A stretch of 64,000 bases of DNA from Mobula hypostoma (lineage: Eukaryota): the NCBI RefSeq assembly GCF_963921235.1, contig NC_086101.1:3908001-3972000 (forward strand), read 5' to 3'. Shown here piece by piece: positions 35,912-49,400 of the stretch (its first letter is position 1; every line of letters starts with the position of its first letter). A model generated the notes under the pieces. It was not told the DNA's origin. It searched no databases and was given only the letters and a program-made list of their open reading frames with translations. The position numbers and the translations under genes are program-made.

Positions 35912-38900
35912 AACTGAGGCATGACCATGCGGTGCGTGGACATCAGCGAGTTAGACCGGCGGGAAGAATTTAAAAGGAGAACATTTTTTCTTCAGCAGTT
36001 TGATCGAGGCACAACTGCACAGGCGCATGGACGTCAACGAGTTAAACCACTGTGAAGAATTTAAAATGAAGACAGATTTATAGAGCGGGTGCCGGAGTAG
36101 AGGGAGTCAGAGAAGGAGGGCTTTGGCTCAACAGGTCTTCAGTGATAACAGGTCGAGGCGAGGCAAGTTACTTGTGAAGAATAGAAACAGGAAGTATGTC
36201 TGTGAGGCCGGTGTTCTTTACTGGGTGTCAGATGTGGGAAGTCTGGGAGACTCCCAGCCTCCCGGACGGCCACATCTGCAGCAGAAGCGTCGAGCTGCAG
36301 CTCCTTAGGGACCGGGTTAGGGAACTGGAGATGCAGCACGATGACCTTCATCTGGTCAGGGAGAGTGAGGAGGTGATAGAGAGGAGCTATAGGCAGGTAG
36401 TCTCTCCGGGGCCTGGGGAGACAGATAAGTGGGTAACAGTCAGGAGAAGGAAGAGCAAGAGTCAGATACTAGACAGTACCCCTGTGACTGCCCTCCTTAA
36501 CAATAAGTACTCCTGTTTGAGTACTTTTGGGGGGAGCGACCTACCTGGGGGAAGCAACAGTGGCCGTGCCTCTGGCACAGAGTCCGACCCTGTGGCTCAG
36601 AAGGGTAGGGAAAGGAAAAAGGCAGCAGTGATAGGGGACTCTGTAGTTAGGGGGTCAGACAGGCGATTCTGTGGACGCAGGAAAGAAACATAGTTGGTGG
36701 TTTGCCTCCCAAGTGCCAGGGTCCAGGATGTTTCTGATCGCATCCACGATATCCTGAAGTGGGAAGGTGAACATCCAGACGTCTTAGTACATATTGGTAC
36801 CAATGACATAGTTAGGAAAAGGGAGGAGGTGCTGAAAACAGACGACAGGGAGTTAGGAAAGAAGCACAGAAGCAGGACCACAAGGGTAGTAAATTCAGGA
36901 TTACTGACTGTGCCACCCAACGGTGAGTATAGGAATAGATTGAGGTGGAGGATAAATATGTGGCTGAGGGATTGGAGCAGGGGGCAGGGATTCAGATTTC
37001 TGGATCCTTGGGACCTCTTTTGGGGTAGGTGTGACCTGTACACCGAGGGGACGAATATTCTAGAGAGAAGGTTTGCTCGTGCTATTGGGGAGAGTTTAAA
37101 CTAGAATTGCTGGGGGTTGGGAACCATACGGAAGAGACGGAGGAAGGGGCAGTTGAATCACAAATTGAGAAAGCTTATAGGCAGCGTGAGAGTGAGCATA
37201 GGTAGGTGATAGAGAAGGGATGCGCTCAGACCGATCGTTTGAAATGTGTCCATCTTAATGCGAGGAGAATCATGAACAAAGCGGATGAGCTTAGAGCATG
37301 GATCAGTTCTTGGAGCTTTAATGTTGTTGCCATTACAGAGACTTGGATGGCTGAGGGGTAGGAATGGTTACTAAGAGTGCCAGGCTTTAGATGTTTCAGA
37401 AAGGACACGGAGGGAAGCAAAAGAGGTGAAGGCATGGCACTGTTGATCAGAGATAGTGTCAGAGCTGCAGAAAAGGAGGAAGTCATGGAGGGATTGTCTA
37501 CGGAGTCTCTGTGGGTGCAAGTTAGGAACAGGAAGGGGTCAATAACTCTACTGGGTGTTTTTTTTATAGGCCACCCAATAGTAACAGGGACATCGAGGAG
37601 CAGATAGGGAGACAGATTCTGGAAAGGTATAATTGCAACAGAGCTGTCGTGGAGGAAGATTTTAATTTCCCAAATATTGATTGGCATCTCACGAGAGCAA
37701 GGGATTTAGATGGGGTGGAGTTTGTTAGGTGTGTCCAAGAAGGTTTCCTGACACAATATGTAGATACGCCTACAAGAGGAGAGGCTGTACTTGATCTGGT
37801 ATTGGGAAATGAACCTGGGCAGGTGTCAGGACTCTCAGTGGGAGAGCATTTTTGAGGCAGTGATCACAATTCTATCTCCTTTACCATAGCATTGGAGAGA
37901 GATAGGAATGGACAAGTTAGGAAAGCATTTAATAGGAATAAGGGGAAATATGAAGCTATCAGGCAGGAACTTGGAAGCATAAATTGGGAGCATATGTTCT
38001 CAGGGAAATATGCAGCAGAAATGTGACAAATGTTCAGGGGATATTTGCGTGGTTTTCTGCATAGGTACGTTGCAATGAGGCAGGAAAAGGGTGGTAAGGT
38101 ACAGGAACAATGGTACACAAAGGCTGTTGAAAGTCTAGTAAAGAGGAAACGAAAAGCTTATGAAAGATTCAAAAAAACTAGGTAATTATACAGATCTAGA
38201 AAATTATAAGGCCAGCAGTAAGGAGTTTAAGCATGAAATTAGGAGACCAAAAGGGGCCACGAGAAGGCCTTGGCGAGCAGGATTAAGGAAATCCCCAAGG
38301 CATTCTACAAGTATGTGAAGAGCAAGAGGATAAGATGTGAGAGAATAGGACCAATCAAGTGTGAAGGCGGGAAAGTGCATATGAAACTGGAGGAGGTAGC
38401 GGACGTACTTAATGAATACTTTGTTTCAGCATTCACAACGGAAAACGATCTTGGCGGTTGTATGGATGAATTATAGCAGACTGAAAAGATTGAGCATATA
38501 GACATCAACAAAGAGGATGTGCTGGAGTTTCTGAAAAGCATCAAGTTGGATAAGTCATCGGGACCGGATGAGATGTACCCCAGGCTACTGTGGGAGGCAA
38601 GGGAGGAGATTGCTGAGCCTTTGCCGATGATCTTTGCATCATCAGTGGGGACGGGAGAAGTCCTGGAGGATGAGAAGTTTGCAGATGTTGTTCCCTTATT
38701 CAAGAAAGTGAGTAGAGACAGCTGAGGAAATTATAGACCAGTGAGTCTTACTTCAGAAGTTGGTACGTTGATGGAGAAGATCCTGAGAGGCAGGTTTTCT
38801 GAACATTTGGAGAGGCATAATATGATTAGGAATGGTCAGCATGGCTTTGTCAAAGACAGGTCGTGCCTTACGAGCTTGATTGAGTTTTTTTGAGGTTGTA

Positions 38901-40080
38901 ACTAAACACATTGATGAACGGAGAGCCATTGATGTAGTGTATATGGATTTCAGCAAGGCATTTGATAAGGTACCCCATGCAAGGTTTATTGAGAAAGTAA
39001 GGAGGCATGGGATCCAAGGGGACCTTGCTTTGTGGATCCAAAAATGGCTTGCTCACAGAAGGCAAAGAGTGGTTGTAGACGGGTCATATTCTGCGTGGAG
39101 GTCGGTGACCAGTGGTGTGCCTGAGGGTCTGTTCTGGGATCCTTGCTCTTCGTGATTTTTATAAATGACCTGGATGAGGAAGTGGTGGGATGGGTTAGTA
39201 AATTTGCTGATGACACAAAGGTTGGGAGTGTTGTGGATAGTATGGAGGACTGTCAGAACTTACAGCGGGACATTGATAGGATGCAAAACTGGGCTGAGAA
39301 GTGGCAGATGGAGTTCGACACAGATAAGTGTGCGGTGGTTCATTTTGGAAGAATACAGTATTAATGGTAAGACTCTTTGCAGTGCGGAGGATCAGAGAAA
39401 TCTTGGGGTCCGTGTCCATAGGACACTCAAAGCCGCTGCGCAGGTTGACTGTGTGGTTAAAAAGGCGTACGGTGTATTGGCCTTCATCAATCCTGGGACT
39501 GAGTTTAAGAGTTAATGCTGCAGCTATATAGGACCCTGGTCAGACTGTGGAGTACTGTGTTCAGTTCTGGTCACCTCACCGCAGGAAGGATGTGGAAACC
39601 ATAGAAAGGGTGCAGACGAGATGTACAAGGATGTTGCCTGGATTGGGGAACATGCCTTATGAAAACAGGTTGAGTGAACTCAGCCTTTTCTGCTTGGGGC
39701 GACGGAGGATGAGAGGTGACCTGATTGAGGTGCATAAGATAATGAGAGGCATTGATCGTGTGGATAGTGAGAGGCTTTTCCCCAGGGCTGAAATGGCTAA
39801 CACGAGAGGGAACAGTTTTAAGGTGCTTGGAAGTAGGTACAGAGGACAGAGGTATGTTATTTAACACAGAGAGTGGTGAGTGTGTGGAATGGGCTGCCGG
39901 CGACGGTGGTGGAGGCGGATACGATAGGGTCTTTTAAGAAACTCTTGGATAGGTACATGGAGCTTAGAAAAATAGAGGGCTATGGGTAACTCTAGGTAAT
40001 TTCTAAAGTAAGTACATGTTTGGCACAGCATTGTGGGCCGAATGGTCTGTATTGTGCTGTAGGTTTTCTATGTTTCTATG
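35912..40080 (+). mobile_element. Near full-length CR1 LINE (third subfamily), multiply disrupted
   Basis: Duplicated 5'UTR, ORF1 36196-37104 (internal stop), EN from about 37240, RT to about 39900, TTTCTATG tail 40065-40080. Confidence 0.93.
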
Positions 40081-41510
40081 AATAAAAATTAAATCAGGGG
40101 TTATTGTGTGGCTTTGAGGTGGGTACATTGAGCGCTTAACCCAGGGTTGAATCCTTTGTTGATCTACAGTATTTAATGTCCGAGGAAGTGTGTGACAGCG
40201 GAATCTACACACTGAACACTCACGCAGTCTCCGAGCTGCAGGTTCGCCGGACAAAGATCTCCGAAGGTCAGTGGAGAAAGGACAAGAGTTGTTTCTGCGG
40301 TGTGGAGGTGATCGGTGTCTGTGCTGGTAACATGTTCTCTTCTCCTTACTCCCTTCAGGGAGGGAGTAGCTGAACAATCCGTCAGCGCATGAACAGTCAC
40401 CTCACTGCTTTGCACAGCACACACACAATGCTGGAGTTACTCAGCAGGTCAGACACCATCAATGGGGGAGAATAAAGACTGGACACTGTAGCCCGACACC
40501 ATTTATTGTTTCATCCAGTGGCTCGTGCTTTACTCCGGGTTTTCCTACACTGCAATTCCTCTTCACCGAAAGGACCGAGCGAGGGCGCTTGACAAAGGTT
40601 GACCTGAGAGTAGTTTAAAAGTTCGGCTCAACAGTGCGGGCTGAATGGCCTGTACTGCAAATCTGCGGGCGCTGGAAATCTAGAGCAACACACAGAACAT
40701 ACTGGAGGAACTCAACAGATTAGACATCATCTCTGGAGAGAAATAAACTGACGATGTTTCAGGCCGAGACCATTGATTGGAACTCACGCATTATTTTACT
40801 CTTTCTCTCTGTGCATTATTTATTTTAAGGAATATTTACTTTAAATAATTATTGTTGTAACTTACAGAATTGTTCATGATTATACTGTACTGCAGTGCAT
40901 CTGGAAAACCATAAATTTCATAGATCGTAGAACGAAGTCGGTCCGACCTTCTCACCTACACTAAGAGCAACCTAACTTTTCGCTCCAACATAACCCTCCA
41001 TTGGAAGACACATGTCAGTGATATAAACCTGATTCTCGTTATGGTTCGGGTTCAGATGTAGATTCTGGAGGAGGGCGAAGGGCTCCTTCTCATAACAAAT
41101 TTACGGGTGCGAATGCAGGCAGGCTTTTTCACTGGGGTTGGGTAAGACTCGAACTAGAGGTCATGGGTGAAGGGTGAAAGGTAAAATATTTCATGGGAAC
41201 ATGAGGGGGAAGCTCTTCACTCTGAGGATGGTGGGAGTGTGGAATGAGCGACCAGCACAGACAGATGCGGGTTCGATTTCATCGTTGACGAACAATTTGG
41301 ATAGGTACAGGAATGGAAGGGGTATGGAGGGCAATGGTCCAGGTGCTGGTCGATGGGACGAGGCAGATTAATAGTTTGGCACAGAGTAGATGGGCCAAAG
41401 GGCCTGGTTCATGATGTTGTGTCTCTCTGACTTTCATCAGCGAGAAAGGGAGATCAAGGGCAGGGAAAGAGCACTTGATCGGTGAGTAGAGGCTCATTGC
41501 ATTCCTCCTC

Positions 41511-41657
41511 CTAATTGATAAACACCAGTGTCCCCTGAAGCGACTGCCTGAGCCACGGCTGCACCTTGAACAGGTTGATGTGGAAATCGCGGGCACTGCT
41601 CCTGTCAGGATTGAAATCTGTACACACGTTTATCGATCCCCAGCTCACCACACCTGC
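41511..41657 (-). CDS. CFB: Complement factor B/C2-family terminal coding exon
   Basis: tctccgcag|AGVVSWGSINVCTDFNPDRSSARDFHINLFKVQPWLRQSLQGTLVFIN*; ARDFHINLF..PWL is the Bf/C2 C-terminal signature. Confidence 0.9.
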   Translation of the reverse strand, partial: AGVVSWGSINVCTDFNPDRSSARDFHINLFKVQPWLRQSLQGTLVFIN

Positions 41658-41689
41658 CTGCGGAGAGTAGAAGAGACGCGCTGTCAGAA

Positions 41690-42270
41690 TCCGCCAACGT
41701 TGACAATAAATACAGCAGATTCTGCAGAAGCTGTAAATCCAGAGAAACACACACAAAACGCTGGAGGTCAGGCAGCATCTGTGCTGACTTCGCCAGGACT
41801 GGAAATGAGGGAGAACGATGCCAGAGGTGGGAGCGAGAGGAAGGAGGACAATATAGAAGGTGACAGGTGAGACCAGGTAGACGGGGGAGGGGCGATGAAG
41901 TAACTGTCTGGGATGTGATAGGTAAAATAGGGAAAGGGCTGGAGGAGAAGGAATCTGATAGGAGAGAAGATTGGGCCATGAGAGAAAAGGGAGGAGGAAG
42001 GGAACCAGGGGGATGTGATGGGCATGTGTGGAGAAGAGATCTGCGGAGAGGGGAAGCAGAGCGGGGAACTGCAGAAGAGGGAAGAGGAGCCCAAAAATTA
42101 CCTGAAATTAGAGCAATCATTCCATCAAGTTTGAGGCTCCCCAGAGGAGTATGAGGCTTTGCTCCTCCAACCTGAGAGTGGCCTGAGTGGGGGCGATGGA
42201 CCAGGTTTCGAAATGGGCATGGGGGTTGGAATTAAAATGGTTGGCCACGGGAAAATCCTGTGTGATTTTG
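41690..42270 (-). mobile_element. Penelope-like 3' remnant in the last factor B intron
   Basis: PVANHFNS...ATLRLEEQSLI and UTR. Confidence 0.65.
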
Positions 42271-43635
42271 ATTTGTGTATAGAGCAAAGGTGGAAGGTGC
42301 TCGATAACATTGCCAGGGGTGTCGGGGGGTCGGGGGCGGGGGGGAGCCATTGGGATTACAGCGTGTGTAATGGTAAGAAGTGCAAGTTGGGAGGTTGTTG
42401 TTGGTGAGTGGACCGGGGCTGGGATGCTTTGAGTGTCGAGGAAGAGAGGTGAGGGGCTTGGAGACAACTGTGGTTTGTGTGGAATGCGAGGCATTGAGGG
42501 CCCAAGAGGGTGGGGTAGGGGTCGCAGAGGGGTGACGGGTCATATAATAATAATAACATTTATAGAGCACTCTTCATACAGACCAAATCAGTATAAAGGT
42601 GTGGATTTATTAATTTTACTATTTTTATTTTATGTGGTGATATATCGCGTAGAAATATAAGATAAAAGGTAAATAAAACACACTCGAGGATGTGCTGTGG
42701 GGCAGACTGCAAGTATCGCTGTGCCTCCATTGCCAACATAGCATACCCACAACTTACAAACCCCGTGCTGTCCGTCTTTGGGGTGTTAGGAAACCGGAAA
42801 GCACGCGGGTATGGGGAGAACGTACAAACTACTTACAGACGGTGGAGGGAATTGAACTAGGGTGACTGGAACTGTAAAGCGTTACCATAGCCTCCCATGC
42901 ACCCGTCGTTCCCAGCCCCCAGCACTCAATCACGCTCCCCACCCACACCGCAACATCTCCCCACACTCTGCGATCTACTGTCCGTCCACTGAGCACAGTG
43001 CACAGTGGCCCCGTTACTGCAGCCACAGCGCCGCCCACTGACAACCACGTGAACTGTGTGTACTGCCCTGGAACAGGCCGCCCGGCCCGTCGTGTCCGTG
43101 TTTTCCCCAGAAAACGGGATCTCCCCGTGCTTTTACTCCCCCACAGCCCATGGCCTCTCATGGTCACATATCTCTCTGTAGAGGGAGAAGATATACAGCA
43201 CAGAGCAGACCCTTATGGAGAGGAACCCATCGGTTTAACCCGAGCCGAATCACAGGACAGTTTACAGTGCCCAGTTAACCCAATAACCAGTACATCTTTG
43301 AACTGTGGTAGCAAACCGGAGCACCTGGAGGATACAGATGTGGTCATGGAAGAACACACGAAGTCCTTACAGATGACACCGGAATTGAACACCAAATCTG
43401 GAATGTCTGAGCTGCAATGAGTCATTCTAACCGCTACGCTACCATGGTGCAATGATCATTTTGTGGGATCTTGCTGTGCATTAGCCAACAGCTGTGGTTC
43501 AGGATAACTCGTGCCGTCTCTGGGATTCGAGACAGGCTGGGTCACATTCCCCACTCAGCCGACGGCTGCTCTGCAGTCTGTCACTCCTGCTCACCCATTC
43601 CCCCATCCCGTTGCCTTTCGTCGGGCAGGACTCAC

Positions 43636-43685
43636 CTGGAAGAACCGTCTCGTCTTGTTGATGAACAGCGACCCTCCCGAGTCAC
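43636..43685 (-). CDS. CFB: Complement factor B/C2-family penultimate exon with catalytic Ser (GDSGG)
   Basis: ttgtttcacag|GT GAC TCG GGA GGG...TTC CAG|gtgagt = (G)DSGGSLFINKTRRFFQ; 50 nt; phases join both neighbouring exons. Confidence 0.9.
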
Positions 43686-43697
43686 CTGTGAAACAAG

Positions 43698-44235
43698 AAG
43701 GTTAACTTGCAGGTTGAGTCGGGGGCAAGCAAGGCAAATGCAACACCAGCATCCATTTGAAGAGGACCAGAATGTAAAAGCAAGGACTCTGGGAATGAAA
43801 GGGTAAATGAATCAGGAGCTTTTGATGGCTCTGGGCCTGTACTCGTTTGAATTTAGGATGTTCTCATTGAAACCTGTTGGATATAGAAAGGGCTCGATCG
43901 AGCGGTTGTGGAGAAGATGTTGCCTGAGGTGGGGGAGTCTAGGACCAGAGGACACAGCCTCAGAACAGAGGGATGTCCGTTTAGACAGAGATGGGGAGGG
44001 ACTTCTTTAGCCGGAGGGTGGTGAATCTGTGTAATTCGTTACCACAGATGCCTGTGGAGGCCAAGTCATTGAGTATATTTAAAACGGAGGTTGATGGGTT
44101 CTGGATTAATCAGGGTATCAAAGGCTACAGGGAGAAGGCAGGAGAATGGGGATGAGAGGATTAATAAATCAGACATGATGGAATGGCTGAGCAGGCTTGA
44201 TAGGTTGAATGGCCTAATTCTGCTCCTGTGTATTA
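43698..44235 (+). mobile_element. CR1 3' fragment abutting the GDSGG exon acceptor
   Basis: KVNLQVES...GLYSFEFR...TRGHSL. Confidence 0.75.
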
Positions 44236-44349
44236 TGCCAAGAGATGGGCTGCTGGTCCAAGCTCAGTACACTGATCCCGCCCACGTGGGTGTCTCGTTT
44301 CCCTCAGCAATAACCCATTGTTGCTGCACTGGCCCGGACAATCCAAAGT

Positions 44350-45785
44350 GTTTAATTGGAGTAAGGGGACATATGAAGCTATCAGGCAGGAACTTGGAAG
44401 CACAAATTGGGAGCAGATGTTCTCATGGAAATGTACGGCAGAAAAGAGGCAAATGTTCAGGGTAATATTTTCGTGGTCTTCTGCATAGGTACGTCCCAAT
44501 GAGACAGGGAAAGGATAGTAGGGTACAGGAACCATGGTGTACAAAGGCTGTTGAAAATCTAGTCAAGAAGAAAAGAAAAGCTTGCAGAAGTTTCAAAAAC
44601 CTCGGTAATGATCGAGAGCTAGAAAATTATAAGGCTAACAGGAAGGAGCTTAAGAATGAAATTACGAGAGCCAGAAGGGGCAATCAGAAGGCCTCGGCGA
44701 ACATGATTAAGGAAAACCCAAAGGCATCTTCTCAAGTATGTGAAGAGCAAGACGTCAGAGAATAGGACCAATCAAGTGTGACAGTTGTGAAGTGTGTATG
44801 GAACCGGAGGAGACAGTGGAGGTACTTAATGAGTACTTTGCTTCAGTATTCACTATGGAAAAGGATTTTGGCGATGACTTACAGCGGACTGAAAAGCTTG
44901 AGCATTTAGACATTAAGGAAGAGGATGTGCTGGATCTTTCAAAAAGAATCAAGTTGGATAAGTCTCTGAGACTGACAAGCTGTACCCCAGGCTATGTGGG
45001 AGGTGAGGGAGGAGATTGCTGAGACTCTGGCAATAACCTTTGCATCATCATTGGGGACTGGAGAAGTTCGGGAGGATTGGAGGGTTGCAGATGTTGGTCC
45101 CTTATTCAAGAAAGGGAGTAGGATAGCTTACAAAATTATAGACCAGTGAGTCTTCAGTAGTTGGCAAGTTGATGCAAAAGATCCTGAGAGGCAGGATTTA
45201 TGAACATTTGGAGAGGCAAAATATGATTAGGAATAGTCAGCATGGCTTTGTCAAGGACAGGTCGTGCCTTACGAGCCTGACTGAATTTTTTGAGGATGTG
45301 ATTAAACACATTGACAAAGGAAGAGCGGTAGATGTAGTGTGTATGGATTTCAGCAAGGCATTTGGTAAGGTACCCCATGCAAGGCTTATTGAGAAAGTAA
45401 GGAGGCATGGGATCCAAGGGGACCTTGCTTTGTGGATCCACAATTGGCTTGCCCACAGAAGGCAAAGAGTGGTTGTAGACGGGTCATATTTTACATGGAG
45501 GTTGGTGACCAATAGCATGCCTCAGGGATCTGTTCTGGGACCCCATCACTTTGTGATCTTTATAAATAAACTGGATGAGGAAGTGGAGGGATGGGTTAGT
45601 GAATTTGCTGATGACACCAAGGTTGGGGGTGTTGTGGATAGTGTGGAGGGCTATCAGAGGTGAAAGCAGGACATCAGTAGGATGCAAAACTGGGTTGAGA
45701 AATGGCAGGTTGAGTTCAGCACAGATAAGTGTGAGGTGGTTCATTTTGGTAAGTCAAATATGATGACAGAATATAGTATTAATAG
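44350..45785 (+). mobile_element. CR1 ORF2 internal fragment
   Basis: SQHGFVKDRSCLT...MDFSKAF...FADDTK. Confidence 0.88.
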
Positions 45786-46129
45786 GAACATAGAAGATAC
45801 AGCACAATACAGGCCTTTCGGCCCACAAAGCTGTACTGAACATGTCCTTATCTTAGAAATTACCTAGGGTAACCCATAGCCCATCTATTTTTCTGAGCTC
45901 CATGTACCTATCCAAAAGTCTCTTAAAAGACCCTGTCGTATCCACCTCCACTACTGTCGCCGGCAGCCCATTCCATGCACTCACCACTCTCTGTGTAAAA
46001 AACTTGCCCCTGACATCTCCTCTTTACCTACTTCCAAGCACCTTAAAACTGTGCCTTCTTGTGTTAGCCATTCCAGCCCTGGGAAAAAGCCTCTGACTTT
46101 TCAAACAATCAATGCCTCTCATCACTATA

Positions 46130-48730
46130 TGTATTATAGACTACCTCATGGGGAGCGAGAAGTGGAGAAGCAAATTTGTAAGGAGATGGCAGATATTTGA
46201 GGTAAGTGCAAGGTTGTGATTGTGGGAGATTTTAATTTTCCACACATAGACTGGGAAGCCATACTGTAAAAGGGCTGGATGGTTTGGAGTTTGTAAAATG
46301 TGTGCAGGGTAGTTCTTTGCAGCAATACATAGAGGTGCCAACTAGAGAAGGGGCAGTGTTGGATCTCCTGTTAGGGAATGAGATAGGGCAGGTGACAGAG
46401 GTTTGTGTTGGGGAGCACTTCGGGTCCAGTGATCACAATGCCATTAGTTTCAGTATAATTATGGAGAAGGATAGGTCTGGACCCAGGGTTGAGATTTTTA
46501 ATTGGAGAAAGGTTAACTTTGAGGAGGTGCGAAAGGATTTAGAAGGAGTGGATTGGGACAAATTGTTTTATGGGAAGGATGTAATAGAGAAATGGAGATC
46601 ATTTAAAGGTGAAATTTTGAGGGTACAGAATCTTTATGTTCCTGTTAGGTTGAAAGGAAAGGTTAAAAGTTTGAGAGAACCATGGTTTTCAAGGGATATT
46701 GGAAACTTGGTTCGGAAAAAGAGAGATATCCACAATAAATATAGGCAGCATGGAGTAAATGAGGTGCTCAAGGAATATAAAGAATATAAAAAGAATCTTA
46801 AGAAAGAAATTAGAAAAGCTAAAAGAAGATATGAAGTTGCTTTGGCAAGTAAGCTGAACATAAATCGAAAGGGTTTCTACAGTTATATTAATAGCAAAAG
46901 GATTGTGAGGGATAAAACTGGTCCCTTAGAGAATCAGAGTGGACAGCTATGTATGGAACCAAAAGAGGTGGGGGAGATTTTGAACAAATTTCTTTTCTTA
47001 GGTATTCACTAAGGAGAAAGATATTGAATTGTGTAAGGTAAGGGAAACAGTTAGGGAAGTTATGGAAACTATGATGATTAAAGAAGAGGAAGTACTGGCG
47101 CTCTAAAGGAATATAAAAGTGGATAAGTCTCCGGATCCTGACGGGATATTCCCTGGGACCTTGAGGGAAGTTAGTGTGGAAATAGCAGGGGCTCTGACAG
47201 AAATATTTCAAATGTCATTAGAAACGGGGATGGTGCCAGAGGATTGGCATATTGCTAATATTGTTCCATTGTTTAAAAAGGGTTCGAAGAGTAAAGCTAG
47301 CAATTATTGGCCTGTGAGTTATGACATCAGTGGTGGGTAAATTGATGGAAAGTATTCTTAGAGATGGTAAGATAGGGATAGACAGGGTCTAATTAGGAAC
47401 AGTCAATATGGATTTGTCAGGGTCTGGATAGACAGGGTCTGATTAGGAACAGTCAACATGGATTTGTGCGTGGAAGGTCATGTTTGACAAATCTTATTGA
47501 TTTTTTTGAACAGGTTACTGCGAAAGTTGACGAGGGTAAAGCAGTGGATATTGTCTATATGGACTTCAGTAAGGCCTTTGACAAGGTTCCACACGGAAGG
47601 TTAGTTAGGAAGGTTCAATCGTTAGGTATTAATATTGAAGTAGTAAAATGGATTCAGCAGTGGCTGGATGGGAGACACCAGAGAGTAGTGGTGGATAACT
47701 GTTTGTCAGGTTGGAGGCCGGTGACTAGTGGTGAGCCTCAGGGATCTGTACTGGGTCCAATGTTGTTTGTCATATACATTAATGATCTGGATGATGAGGT
47801 GGTAAATTGGATTAGTAAGTATGCAGATGATACCAAGATAGGTGGCGTTGTGGATAATGAAGTAGGTTTTCAAAGCTTGCAGAGAGATTTAGGCCAGTTA
47901 AAAGAGTGGGCTGAAAGATGGTAGATGGCGTTTAATGCTGAATAGTGTGAGGTGCTACATTTTGGTAGGACTAATCAAAATAGGTCATACATGGTAAATG
48001 GTAGGGCATTGAAGAACGCAGTAGAACAGAGGGATCGAGGAATAATGGTACATAGTTCCCATCTCATGTGGATAAGATGGTGAAGAAAGCTTTTGGTATG
48101 CTGGCCTTTATAAATCAGAGCATTGAGTATAGGAGTTGGAATGTAATGTTGAAATTGTACAAGGCATTGGTAAGGCCAAATTTGGAGTATTGTGTACAGT
48201 TCTGGTCACCGAATTATAGAAAAGATGCAAACAAAATAGAGAGAGTACAGAGAAGATTTACTAGACTGTTACCTGGGATTCAGCACTTAAGTTACAGAGA
48301 AAGGTTGAACAAGTTGGGTCTTTATTTTTTGGAGTGTAGAAGGTTGAGGGGGGGACTTAATAGAGGTATTTAAAATTATGAGGGGGATAGATAGAGTTGA
48401 CATGGACAGGCTTTTTCCATTGAGAGTAGGGGAGATTCAAACAAGAGGACATGAGTTGAGAGTTAGGGGGCAAAAGTTTAGGGGTAACATGAGGGGGAAC
48501 TTCTTTACTCAGAGAGTGGTAGCTGTGTGGAACAAGCTTCCAGCAGAAGTGGTTGAGGCAGGTTCGATGTTGTCATTTAAAGTAAAAATGGATAGCTACA
48601 TGGACAGGAAAGGAATGGAGGGTTATGAGCTGAGTGCAGGTCGGTGGGACTAGGTGAGAGTAAGCGTTTGGCACGGACTAGAAGGACCGAGATGGCCTGT
48701 TTCCTTGCTGTAATTGTTATATGCTTATGT
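46130..48730 (+). mobile_element. 5'-truncated CR1 (AT-richer subfamily) inserted into a minus-strand CR1 3' end (45790-46125 and 48735-48810)
   Basis: EN-to-RT remnants (SDHN, YADD), internal duplication of about 50 bp at 47375-47467; flanks rejoin as one minus-strand fragment. Confidence 0.85.
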
Positions 48731-48956
48731 GATTGTATCATCTTATACACTTCTCTCAGGTCACCTCCCATCCTCCGTCGCTCCAAGGAGAAAAGGTCAT
48801 GTTCACGCAACCTTTTTCTCAGGGCTGAAAAGGCTGACACAAGGGGGCACGTCATCTCCCATCGCCTGACGGCATCTGACCCGCAGTGGTGTCCAGCGAA
48901 ACTGAGACTTGGGAATATTAGTGCGACACAGAGTTGGGGAGAGGTACATCAAGGCG

Positions 48957-48976
48957 CGGACACGCGCGCGCACGCG

Positions 48977-49042
<66 letters not shown>

Positions 49043-49155
49043 CACGCACACGCGCACGCACGCACACGCACACACACGCACACACGCACGCACGCACGCA
49101 CACACACGCACGTACGCACGCACGCGCACACGCACACGCACACGCGCACACGCAC
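48957..49155. repeat. (CA)n/(CG)n/(CACG)n alternating purine-pyrimidine tract
   Basis: Directly visible. Confidence 0.97.
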
Positions 49156-49400
49156 AGAGAAAGATGTTCATGCAGACGTATATACATACATAAAGACACA
49201 GACAGAGTCACACATCTTTTGGTAAGATGGTGGCGTACTCAGTCACAGCGGGCTCTACAGGGCCAAACAAAGGTGTTAACGTATTTGTTTTTATGACCGC
49301 TAGATTGCTTGACATTAAGAACTTAAGGTACTGAAGATCTGCCTATTCGGGCAGGGCAGGGAGGAGGAGAGGAGGAGTGAGGGGCAGGGAGATATCTCAC

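Noticed and set aside
40220..40380. Possible minus-strand exon ending in GTGAGT
   Set aside because: No recognisable protein in any frame and no convincing acceptor
48644..49296. ORFs with HT/CV repeats
   Set aside because: Translations of the CA/CG microsatellite
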